Shown: piece after piece, positions 51,564 to 64,000 of the stretch
Layout: each line of letters opens with the position of its first letter
How positions within the stretch are numbered: position 1 is the stretch's first letter
NCBI RefSeq assembly: GCF_964204645.1
Contig: NC_134028.1
Coordinates: forward strand, 5,518,001-5,582,000
Reading direction: 5' to 3'
Length of the DNA stretch: 64,000 bases
Source of the DNA: Tubulanus polymorphus
Lineage: Eukaryota; Animalia; Nemertea
The notes under the pieces: generated by a model
What the model was told of the DNA's origin: nothing
The model's input: the letters and a program-made list of their open reading frames with translations, nothing else
Databases searched by the model: none
Translations under genes and position numbers: made by a program

Positions 51564-54500
51564 GTAAGAGGGAAACTACTTTTTAGAAAATTCTCAAGAT
51601 CTCAATACAGCTTCCACTAACTGTTTGTATTTTCCTTACGATTGCTGTAGATTTGGTTTACCAGATTATTAATTCATCAAAGGTATACCTTAAGTTTACC
51701 TTTTTATTTTTGAATGATGGAATCTCTATTTTTGAATTCGATAATTCCTATCGTTTGCCAAAAAGATTGATTCACTCTCTCTTTATCACCGAATCATCAT
51801 TGGTTTTAAATTCCATAATTTTCAACTTTTTCCCTAGACTTCATGGATACTTTATTCACACGGTTTCATTTCATTCTCGACGCGTATTACGTATTTCATC
51901 ATTTTTTTCCTCATAATCTATCATTTCGCATTCTATCGCGGCTCTGAGCGGTTTAAAATAGTCGCAATCGTGCTCGTTTTCTAGAATGTCAAAAGACATT
52001 AAACGTCTTGTCAACTTAATTTCTATCTTCAATTTCTATTTCTGGTTTCGGGTTTGAGTTTTCTGTTTTAACTGAATTTTTTGCATCCGTCCGCAAAACA
52101 GTTTGGCAGCTGATTAGGATAAGGGTTTGTTAAACAGTTTTAAAAAAGTAAAACAGTTACACAATTCGAATTATTCTGAGCGATTTTTATCAAATGAATA
52201 ATAGTTCATATTTCCAAAATCTCATTTTTCTATATACTATTCATTTCAACGTCCGACAATGTGATTAGTGCTTGTTTGATTTTACTTCTATATGAATTAA
52301 TCTAACGAATGAACGCGACATTTTGTGCAGAGAAATGAACACTTTCGAGATAGAGTGATTGGTGCTAGAATTCACTTAATTGGTGCGCCTGAGAGAGACG
52401 GATCGGGGATAAATCGCTGCCCGCTTTCAGCGTAACGTGATTCATTCGTGTCTCCGCAACGAAAATCATAGACAGAAAATCATTTTGAATCTCTTTTAAC
52501 CCGATCTATTTATCGTAAAATTTGAAATCGCTATAAGTCTGCGATTGAATATCTTAGGAAATAGATGACTATGCAACAGTTTGTCATAATGTATATCGTA
52601 GGTTTTCGAGTGATTGTAGAACTACTCGCAATCATATTTTGCTATTTGCAATATTGAACCACGGATTCCAATGGACTTTAAAACGAAGAGTTGCAGATTA
52701 CGTGATTGAACACACGGATTGTTTATCAAGTAATGTTACAGATGACCAATCAACTAATATCAATCGGTATCAGTAACTGCTCTGCGTAATAACGCCCGTG
52801 TACTTCAGCGATTTAGAGAAATTCTATTGACGAGTAAGATTCAATGGTTGTTCAATTGAATCGACTTAAAGGTTAGTCTATCGTCCCCGGAGCCTATAAC
52901 AAAGAAAAAGTGCGGTTGTATCATCTGTTAGAGGAGGATCTAGATTTCGCATACGGATACCCCCTTGTGTAAACGAAACGCACCGCATGCCCGCAGTGCT
53001 CAAATTGGCGTATCTTCAATTTTATCTTAACCAACATTTTCAGTAGTTCGAAAGTGAATGTCATAGATATGACGAGGTCCATTTAATTCTAATCGTACAT
53101 GTAGTCTAACAAATAAAGACGCGCTCTCAAAAGTCTGTGGTCTATGGAACTGGGTATAGGATCTTAAGGCCAATAATGAGGTATCGTATCGGTAAAGGAA
53201 TCGTATTTAAGGATATCATAACTTGAGAAATGTCGCCATCGCTTGCGAATGAATATCCCACCTACCAATAAGATACCTGCTATTGTCTTCGGAGAGGTCT
53301 GTGGAACAAGCGATTAAGATAAATAGATATATAAAAAAGAAGAATATAAATATATTTGACTTTCTTCCGCCATAAGCGCCAGGGGGATTATGAGTCGTAT
53401 GATTTTTAAAAGCATCGACATGCGCTGACTACTGACATAAAATCGGCCTGATGATTCATTTGATTGGGCTTCAATAAAATACATATTTCCGATAATCGAG
53501 AAAATGCCATATTTCATCCGTCTGTAGAAGCTTTAGTTCTTGTCTGAGTCTTCGGGAACAATCGATTGTTTACAGTCGTTATTATTCTTATTGCGACATT
53601 TTTTGTTGTTGAAACTTCTGAACTAGTCTAGACACTCACCTCCACCGACCGTGAAATCAGTCAGAAGCAACGCGTCACCGTAAACCCGATAAATAGTGTA
53701 GGAAATACGTGAAAACGTAATCTGCAGAATATCGCTTTTTCTCCGCACGTAGCATACCGGGTTTTCTGTGATATCCCTGAGTGAATTCATTTTCATCGAC
53801 AGGTTGCTGTAAATACTTTAGTTTCGCAGTTACCCGTCTAATTCTTCAGCCGGAAACGCGAGATTTGTCCGTTCGTTTGAAGCCCGATGCGGTTTTATTT
53901 GTTTCAGGATTACCCGAAGCTGACTGGCGTTTCTGTACGCGTCACTCACTCGTCGTTGAAGTTGAAGTATTTTTTGCGAGGCGCGCGCTGATTTTCGTTC
54001 TAGCCCGATCAAAAAATAAAAACTAGCCTAAACAGAACGTTAAGTAGAAAGTTTGACTTCAAAAGACAAACGATTTTCTTGATGCACGAATCCCACGCGC
54101 CGCGCACAAGTTGAGCAGTAATACACCATGACATAATACCGATACCTTTATTGGTGTATTCTGTTTGCAGTCTAATATCATTTTTAAATGTCAGAATTTT
54201 TATCAGAGAAATCCCCTTCGGAATATCCCCACGATGGGAAGGGGGAGAGCAAGAACATAACGTAAGAGATTTTTATTACTGTATTATCTCAAAATCACTC
54301 CAATAAGTGAAGAAGCGAAAGAAAGATCAGTGATGAAGTCCCCGATATTAACTTGTTTGCTAAGATTCGTGATCTGTATGTACCTAAAATACCAGGCTAA
54401 GGTCATGGTGGTCAAACTAGTTTCAGCCCATTATAAGCCATGAGCACCATCCGTGAAATAAAAGAGAACCAGGAACACCCACAGCATAAAGTCAGGGGAT

Positions 54501-54956
54501 ACATCTTAGATGAACGTTGTCCGTGAAATCAAATACTTATCCGCTTTTCCTACGCTATGGTATTCAGAAATAAAATAGACATCCACCACTTTACAAGTTA
54601 TATATGCGTATAAATAGATATATGTTTTGAAATAGTGTCGGTTTCATTGTAATTTCACATTTATGTAGGCAGAGTCCTAGGATGTCATGGGGGAACACGG
54701 TGCATGGCCTGGTAAATTAGACGGTGATGATTCAAATTCGAATTTTCAAATCACGTTCGAAAATTCAATTACGAAATCAATTTCGTACGGCGACGATTTC
54801 TAAATTCCGGAACTCGATCGCAATCTCTCCGTGAAACCGAATTGCAAAAATTCGAAAATATTACCTAAGTTCACTCTACGAGGAAGGTTTGTAATGATTT
54901 TTCAATTAACGACCTTGAATTATTTAATTAGCGCGCGCGAAATGCATTTACGCAAA

Positions 54957-55108
54957 ACCGGAAGTACCTGCTAAAACCGGAAACGGAAAACGGCTTGCAT
55001 TTAACGGTACAAACAGACCGGAAGCGCAACGAACTTCACTCGTAACGGCGCGTGCGTAGGTGATTCTAATAATGGTTCGTAGCGCAAGGCGTCGTCGCTA
55101 TATATAGA
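54957..55108 (+). promoter_or_regulatory. Cluster of ETS-type ACCGGAA motifs followed by a TATA-like run; possible intronic enhancer or alternative promoter
   Basis: ACCGGAAGT at 54957, ACCGGAAA at 54976, ACCGGAAG at 55017, tatatatag at ~55099. Confidence 0.35.
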
Positions 55109-58100
55109 ATTTATGAATGTAAATAACGAAAAGCGACATCAAAGTAAAAGTGATGAAGTTGGTTTGAAATCGTTTGAATATACGCATGTAATAAACATAG
55201 TTGAAATCGTATAGGCTTGCGAAAAAATCGACAGCCGGAGATCTACATCAATTGGTGGAAAAAAGACACTCTATTTATGTCTGTTTCAACCTTGTCTAAC
55301 AATATGACACCAGCTTCGGTGCGTATCACAAAAGTTTTCTTCGCAGATGAAAGAGATAGCTGTCTAGACGGGTGGGTCATATTTCAAAACGAAAAGACGA
55401 TAATTAACATCTTGCCAGAAAAATCCCTTTTCTTTTGATTACCTTTTTTTACTTTTCACTTATATTTTTCATGATATTCTTGGGATCCGTATCTTAGGCG
55501 AATAAGTCGACGGAAGACAGATTGTTCCATTTAATTCCTTATAGATTCATCCAGTTTCACGCTCTTTAGCTATACCCAGTACCCGTTCTAGGTAGATGAA
55601 ATAACTTTTATTAAGTCAAGAGTTTGATTTTCTCGGTTAAGTAGGATTTGTTTTTTTATGTGAAAAGCAAAGTAGCAAGACAAGAACGTAGATCGATCGC
55701 TCTCACATCAAGAAAAAGTTGTGAAAAAATGTTAGCTTCAGTTTTATGTGCTTCCGTCCATCCTAGAATAGCCCCAGCAATCGCGGTTTACCTGTCTCGT
55801 GTGATGCAATAACTTATACCTAACTTACTCGAATAGTTCAATGCAAATTTCAGTCCACATTTCACAATTTCAAATCCCCCAGTTCATTCCAGATATAACC
55901 GTTCATCTGCTCGTTGTCGGAAAACCAACGTTGGAATGACGACTTGTAATGCGATCATCACAAACAGTCATTAATCAGTAGCCAGTGTTACGTAGAAAGC
56001 AGTTTGAAGACGAACGTTGTCATTAGCTGCTGGTCAGTTGCTTATACATATAGCCAGCCTTTGAATGTAACTATTGCAGTGATATCACAACTATGGCAAT
56101 TGATTAGTGACATTAGTAGTGAATTTCAAGAAACCGAATCATTCAATTCATAATATATTTACATCATAAAGTAATGAAATTGGCATAACATGTGCAATCT
56201 TATGTTTTCTCATTTTGATTGGTTTAAAACCCACTATATACGGAATTTGAAAGACGAAACACATTTAAAGATAAAATTCGTTTTTAATCTTTCAAATTCT
56301 ACGTGTTCTCCACGTTAGAGTGTGGCCATTCTACCATCCTACCATTCTCCATGTTATGGCCATTTTTACACGCACACACATAAACTATGGATTGTCGTTT
56401 GCCGTTTTGACTTTTAAACGAAGATTAAACGGCTCTTTCATCTTGATTGGCTCGAAAACTCGTCATCAATATTGCTGCACCTAGATTTACGCCACCCCGG
56501 TCTTATTTTCGATCGTTTCATTACTTTGATGTCGTTGTTTTCGCTTTGAAAGTTTTTCGTCGATATCGAGAACGCGTTCGACGTTTCAGATGTTGGACGA
56601 GACGCGTGTTGAATTTTCGAGTATCGTTTAATGAATGCACGTTCGCGAGGATTGTCGCTGAATTATGTCGTCTTGTCCTTCGTCGAAACTTATCGCAGCG
56701 ATAAGCTCGACTGACTGCGAAAGCGAGCTCGCCGAAGCTGATAAAACGTGACTTCAGCTTCGCCCGTAGCACAGCGTCGTATGTCATTAAAAACCTCATC
56801 GCTCGGATCATCAACACTTAACGTTTGATATTGCAATCTACTCTTCACTGACTAACACCTCTGCACCTTACTCTTTTTTCCTAATTGCCGATGAAGCTTT
56901 TCGAGTTAAATAATACCCTACACGGCATCTAAATAATTTTGAAAAAAATTCGTTGTTTCTATTCTATTTCGATCTATGATTTGTGCGCTTATAACGATGA
57001 GGATTGAAATCAATTATGCGCTGCAGAGTAACCGGAGACGATTCGTGCCGCGATCAGAAACGAATCGTTTAAGGCAAAATTTTAGTAATTCCCAAGCCAT
57101 ATTTTGAATCTATAAGTAACGTCTAATCAGTATGTGATAATCAAAAGAGATTATTGACGGAAAAGTGATACGTGATGATACGTGTAATCGTTACTAGTTA
57201 CTAGTAACAACAGAGTCTGCAAGTCTGGCAGAGTCTGTAATTTACTCATGAAGCTTTAGGCGGGTGCGCGCAGTTCTGTCGATTTCTTTAAAAATACGAC
57301 ATCATGCAGCATTTCTCTTGAAGGATTGTTTTTTCCCCTATCAAATAAAAATTCGAGAAAGGTGTTTAAGCCATCTGAACAGAGAAGTAAAAATAGCGAA
57401 TAAGCACAAATGAGGAGTGAAAGGTGCATTTAACGTTAGACTAATGTAATTTGCGTCACATAAGACAGGTCGATAGTGACCGATGCAATCGAGTATTTGC
57501 CATGGATTAGTCGGAACTTAGTGGCTATGCCGCAGGCTTAATATCTATACGAATCGCTGAGCAACTTATCAATGGGTATTGCGTAGACTCAGTACGAGGG
57601 GTAAAAAGACCCTGCTTTTCAAACAGGCGTGGATTCATTGACTCAAAAGAGTTGAATCGCACATTTTCGGGGCATCGAAGAATATTTCATTCTGGCCATT
57701 TTCTCTTCGTTAAAAGAGTATGTACTCTCTTCTTGCGCTAGACATTTCATAGTGCTAGAATTTTCATAAGAACTCGTTAATAGATACGTAAAATATAAGT
57801 TAATTTCGACAAATTCGATTCCTATTTACCTTAACACTTGTATATGGGCGTCGATTGATCCTTAATTGTATATGAAAAAATTAACATCTGAATTTCAAGC
57901 GGGTTTGTTTCGCGTAACAGGGGAGCAATAGTATCTTTAAACGGAAATGAATATCTATGTAGGTCTATAAATGTATGAAATGCATGAAGTTTCATTGAAG
58001 TGGATCAGTTCGTGGGAAAAATCTCACTCGGATGTGTTAAAAACTATATTCATGTTTTTACCCGATATGTTTTACTGGAACAATTCGTGCACTGAAACAT

Positions 58101-58797
58101 TGTAACAGTTTTCCGCAGTAGAGAATCCCTCGGGTACTCCTGTTAACCATCGGGCAAAATGTTCGATTAACTTAAAAAATGTTATCAACTATTCGCTCTG
58201 CAGCTGATAGCTACGAAGCTCCATCTTTGTTCGGCAGGGATCCGAACCCGATGACATCTGGACTTTGCCGAGGAAGGATGCATTCTGCAAATCAATCATA
58301 AATGCTATTTCTATATGATAAACCAGTGATGGGCGAATCCGTATATTCGCATGTCTAACATTAAAGAAAGATGATGATGTTCCTTCGTATTTGATTTTTT
58401 AACTTCCTTCGTATCGACGCAGAAGTATAATCAGGTTTCTAGGAAAAAGACACAACCCACTTTTTCATTTTGTGATATCTCGGTCACTGGCTGCACGGTA
58501 CACGTGACATTTATTAGCTGGATGATAATCCTCGATAAAAAATTTCACTCATTTCGCTGCTCGGACAATTATTCCGTTCTGTGTATTCGTTAGACACGCA
58601 CAACGTGTCGTGTTTAACATGCTCGACGACAGGGACAGGGATCTCATTTGGCCATCTTTCACTGCCTTCATTTTATGGTGACAACTCGTCTGCGGGGTGC
58701 ACTCTTCTGTACATAATAACATTTTGTTAACGTGTTCCATATTTTAATCATGTATATACATCATCTATTGCGAATTGAAATCAATTCACTCATTCGA

Positions 58798-58838
58798 TCA
58801 TTCATTCATTCATTCATTCATTCATTCATTCATTCATT
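58798..58838. repeat. (TCAT)~10 microsatellite
   Basis: Read directly from the sequence. Confidence 0.9.
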
Positions 58839-60380
58839 TGTACGAAAGACAGACAAACACTATCTCCGGCGCTTTGAGAGATTACTGAATACCGATTAAC
58901 TGTTTCGGAATAGCAAATTAAACGCTGACAACTAATGACACATTTGATATTACTTTAACCTATTGATTCTAACCAAAATCGATGCTACCTGGTCAGGAAG
59001 CGCAAATACGCTTCAATGGCAGACTATCTTAATAATTCCAATATACGGTGGTCAAGTCGATAGGCTGCTGACTTTGCTCGGTATTGAAATCAACGTCATA
59101 GACACTAATTGGTTTGGTTTATGTATCGATGCGATGACAAGATGAAAACTAATTGTCGAAACGGAAAAGATCGTCAGATATTTAAAAGTCGTCTAGACCA
59201 AATATGTATACGTGTACACGGGCTGTACATTTTAAATTGGATGGATGTTTTAAGCGCCTACACAAATCTAACCCGACCTACGTCGATTTAATTGTTTCGC
59301 GAAAAGAAACAACTCCGAATTTAATTCATACAACTCGTTCGCAGTTCTTCGGTAATTAGATTTTTGTTCAAGTCGGAATAAAAGAAGGCGCAGGACCCGA
59401 CGCGTGGTAAATATTTGATGCTGAAATCAAGCATAAACTAATTTTGAATTCGGAGCAAAATTCAACAGCCCGCGTCGGCAGTTTGAACCAGACGTTACAA
59501 GCAAAGTTAGACAAGCTATTAATGTATGTATATCTAATTTGAAATTTTGAATTAGGTACGCTCCGTTTTTTTGATGAATGAAAATGAATAAAATCGAAAT
59601 CAAAATTCAACAAACAAAATTCAAAATCTCTACTGACATCGTGTTGAGGTGAAAACATTTAAACTGAAGTGGGCTTGGACGACGGAAACAACGATTATTA
59701 TATTCGTTTCAACGTGGCGATTACGGATTTCTATCTTATCTAAAAAAAAGTATGGTGGATTCTCTGTGTCTATACGGCCCGAATCAGCCACCATACGTAA
59801 TACTGAAAATTCAATGAAATTTACTATCATTCATAATGTACACATTTCCGTTTATTTATCTGGTCCCGTTCTTTTATTAACGAAAATTTATAGCGTTTCC
59901 TATAGATATTTGCTATTATTATCAGCGATATCGAAATCTCTATTTACCCCCTTTATACTCCACATTAATCCAAATATCGCGCTATACGCTTTTTGATAAT
60001 TCTCTTTCGTTCGGAAAAGTCGCGAACGTATGCATGGTTCATTATTTAATTTGCCGTTGACGAACAGATCGAAAGGTCGCCTCGAAGTCTATTTATTCAA
60101 ATCAGAAATGAGGAAATTATAGCATCTGGTCGGACGGCCTCGTCTGACAGTAGGTAAATAATAATTGTGGTTCGTCTCTAATTGTCGGGAACAAACTGAG
60201 AAAATATATTTGTAGTTCGGGTTATTCCACAATAAATCAAATGTGTTTATCAGTTTCAGAAGAAAGTATTATGATGGCCACTGTATTTTCGGATGGCCAA
60301 CGTGACGTTCCCCTAAAATCAAATTCATCCTGAAATTCTGAACATCTTGTATCATTTTTGGAATTATGTTATCGTTTCCT

Positions 60381-60564
60381 CGAGCTCAACGCGCACCATA
60401 CGCAGGGAACCAGGCTATTAAATATGTTTAATCTCGGGAACGCTGTTCCCGAAACCATGTTTCTCGTTTCTCGTAAACGAACACGGCACAGGGAAACGCC
60501 CGAAAACATAATGTTTGTTCTCGTGTTTCTCGTGTTTCCCTGCGTCGTGTGCGTTAGGCTTAAG
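60381..60564. mobile_element. Same MITE family, copy 2
   Basis: Shares tctcggg/aaac..tgttcccgaaacc.tgtttctcgt and gcgtcgtgtgcgt with the 43604 copy. Confidence 0.7.
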
Positions 60565-63438
60565 AGGCTTTAATTACTGGACCAAAATAAAGTACTTCAA
60601 CAACACTTTCAGAAAAGTTTTTCTTTCATCGAATTGTTATACTGTAATGCGAGAAGTTCTGATGGGCGGCAGGGTCGCCCTGGTACTTTACAGTCGATAT
60701 TGTCTAGTGTTGACGGTTCTATCCACGTCAGCTTAGAAATAAATCTTTAAACCAACTCGTATTTGGCGATGACAAATCATTATTCACCTTCCATATGCAC
60801 CGTCAGCTGTTTTGTTTTTTCTTTTGGCGTTCCAGATATTCGAATATTAGTCAATTCAGCTTCATTAGGAATCGATTTATTTTCTGACTACGCATATGAA
60901 ACGGATATTGTGTATATCTTTTTCCATTTTTTTTTTAATTAACGAAAATACCTTTCCCTATACAGGCGTGGCTTACGGTGATTCGTGCAAGGCGTCTTCC
61001 GTAAACAAGAAGACGGTGCGTAAAAATATCCTGCGCTGTTATTGCTTGGAGCGAATGAACAAAAAGCTCGAATAAATCGAGCGATGATTTTGTATTTTCG
61101 GTATATCGAGTATGCCGTTCATAAAGAACCTATAATGTTGTCAGACGCTGGAAAAAAAGTTTGAAATTTTTTATTGTAATCTGCGTTGAGACGGCGGCAC
61201 AGCCGATTTAACGGCATGAAAGAATTTGACGCATAAGAATAAAGTGTTGGATAATTTTCTGGCAGAAAATGAAATTTTCCGTAGCAAAAATTAATTACTC
61301 GGTTCAAAAGAAACTTGTACGCGCGACCTAATGAAATTATATCGCTTTTTAGTTCGTTTACGTATCGGATAATTAGATAATTCACTTTTCTTTTGTTACG
61401 TTTAAGGCCATTAAGTGAATTTGTCGGAAAGCGCTTAAAACGCGTCGATTATTTTGATGGAAATCAGTGCAGCAATGAATTCGTGCAGTTTACACGCAGG
61501 TAGTGGAATGAGACACTCTTATTCGTGTCGATTGTAGATTGACGAAAAAGTCCCACGATAGAATTGCATACGATAAAATCTTATTTAAATGAAACTACGA
61601 CGTTCCGGCTGTTGGTTATAAAAGCTATCAGCAGGTGGAATGATAGGTGAAAGTATTTACCTATGGTACTTGGGCACATTTATTGCCAAATTTCTTTTTG
61701 TAAGTTGGGCACCTTTGTTTCTCCTAATCGGCCGGGTCATTTTATAAATCGCAATGAAATTTGTAATCTGTTCATTTCTATATCTGCCGGGTCTGTTATT
61801 GTAAGCTTGGTTATGTTTTTTAAAACAAGTAATGTACAGGGTAGATAAGGCCGGTCGGGTCAGTAGAAACAAGGTATCAATATTTTTTGTCTTATTATCA
61901 ATTTCAAGTTCGATTTCTACATATGTATATTGAACCGACTGAAAGTAAGATACAAAAAAAATCGAAATTGATCTGTACTCTAGTCGTGGTCTGTGGAGTA
62001 TTTATGAAAAAAACCCACAATATTGACGAAATAATAAACTAAAAATCTGTTATCTTGACGTTTCAGAAAAAGTCAGGAAAACAGACTTTATAGATTATAG
62101 TAATTATTTGGTCAATACTGCGGTTTTTAGGTACAAACAAACTTGCCGACTGATATTTGGCTTAATGAGATCATGGAAATGGATTAGTATTCACTACTCG
62201 CCTCTCGAAAAACGCGACTGGAAATTGATTGACAATAATTATGTTGGGGTAACCGTAGATCGGGAGAGGTCAGCGGCGCTGTTGATGACGTCACCTATTT
62301 CGCAAAACGAGATACTTGTTTTGATACACTACTTCGATCTTTTTGCTTCCATTTGAATTTTTCCGCTTTCACCAACGATGAGGGAATATGAGAATTTACT
62401 TCAGATAGATCTTTATAGAAAATTCAAATTTGTTAAAATCCATCTTCGGCTTCGGCAGTGGGTAGAATCTGCATTGAAATGAGGGCTAAAAGCTGTCAGC
62501 ATTTCGATCAAAACTGAAAGAAATTAGCAAAATAGCATAATTCAAACCTTAAAAGCGCAACGTATTAGCGACGTTTATCATAAATGATGGAGTAAGAAAT
62601 CTTGTGTGACTAACAAAACCGTACATCAATTCTGTCAAAACGAAAAGTAACTTTTCATCTGTATATGTATGTGTACAGCAGAACAGTTTCATCGAGGAAT
62701 TTTATATGCCCATTCCTATATGATTAGTTTGCGATTACAGAATTTAAATAAAAAATCTTTTCTAATTTTTTGCGTGGTTCTGCGGGTGCACATAAGTCAA
62801 TGAGTTGTAACCAACAAGCGGGATACATACGGGACATTAAAACAATGCGATTCTGCAAAATTCGAATCGATATTTCCGAGTTAAGACGATCCTTAAACCG
62901 TTAACGTTAAATCATGAACTCTAAAAAAACGACGCGATGAAATCGAACACTACACCGGCAACTATTACCTTTTATTTGCGAATCTAATAGACTGCGGGGA
63001 ATTCGCCACCGTTGTAAGCGGGGGAGCCGTTAACAGTGATATCCACTCGTTAGAACCATTTATAAAAGCCACGTCGGAAAATATAGAGCATAATTTGAAT
63101 GTGACGAACGATGCTTGTTTTGATTTTACACGTCTGGTTTAGAACTGATTGCATTTACCGTCGAGCGCTATGCGTATCACGTGTTCGGGTTCAAATCGCA
63201 CGCTGAAAAATTTATCAAAATAAATTCTGGAGCCGCGTTTTCACGAGAGACACAGAGAGAGGAGACACGACATTTAACAACAACCTGTGATAAATCAGAA
63301 TTTATGCGAATAAAATCACTCGGCCCTTCGAATACGTCACTTAAGCACGTTTTCATTTTGTAATGAAAACTGACGAAGACTGATTCGAATTGATAACTGA
63401 ATATTATTAATGTTGCCTTTTATTTTATATATTTTCAG

Positions 63439-63500
63439 AATCATAACTGCTTTAATGGTTTTAGAATTAGTTCTCTTCACGTCCACATACGCCGCTTCAA
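63439..63500 (+). CDS. Second exon of the downstream gene: (R)IITALMVLELVLFTSTYAAS, completing a signal peptide
   Basis: Strong ttttatatattttcag acceptor and gtgagt donor, phase 2 to 1; joined peptide MTTTTLRIITALMVLELVLFTSTYAAS has n/h/c signal-peptide layout. Confidence 0.6.
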
Positions 63501-64000
63501 GTGAGTTATCTTTCACTTTTGTCCGTTTCCATTTCAGCGCGCGCCGATGTGTGAAAATCATATGCCGCTTATTTATCACCGAACTATAAACGAAATGAAG
63601 CAAGTCGTTTCAAATCTGAATGAAAGTAAAGTCGATATCTCCCTTACATTTTCTTGCAAAACTGGTGTCCGAAATGCTAAAAGGTGAACGACGCGATGAA
63701 CTTGTGTTAATATGTAGACATTTTGGGTCACAAAATGAGACAATGCACGATAGGTGTACGATGAAATCATTGTCGTTTAGCATTTTTTATAGAAACCACT
63801 CACTATCTTTTTTTAGATGCGCGTCCTAAGCGGAATACAAATAAGTCGCGTGGATTAGTCATTCTTTTATTCGAATAGTAGCTTCCTAAAGATACAGAGT
63901 TGCGGTAGTTTATTAAACAAGGACCAGAAAGCATTATCTGAGTTTTCAATGTCGTTACTATTTTGATCTCGACTGTGCACTTTTCTCCTCAATATCGCGC

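Overview
AT-rich animal genomic DNA, probably a lophotrochozoan, judged from recalled similarity to molluscan Slo1. Bases ~122-36742 (+) hold the 3' part of a slowpoke/KCNMA1 (BK, Slo1) calcium-activated potassium channel gene, from the end of S6 through RCK1, the linker, RCK2 with the calcium bowl, and the C-terminus. The 5' exons lie upstream of the window. Splicing looks complex: three 92-nt paralogous exons for the S6/C-linker, several phase-compatible candidate microexons and cassettes in the ~14-kb RCK1-RCK2 linker region, and several alternative C-termini. One of these reads the last exon in a second frame ending in a PDZ-type motif (SSTV*). A probable ~4.2-kb 3'UTR ends near 40945. The large intron after the exon cluster may hide a small antisense Cys-rich gene. 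Several MITE-like repeat families and two hammerhead-like (Penelope-type) motifs are scattered through the window. A second + strand gene probably starts at a CCAAT/NRF1/ETS promoter near 51.3-51.5 kb, and its first two exons (51544-51563, 63439-63500) join into a signal peptide. All exon calls come from manual reading of splice sites and frames; none is transcript-verified.
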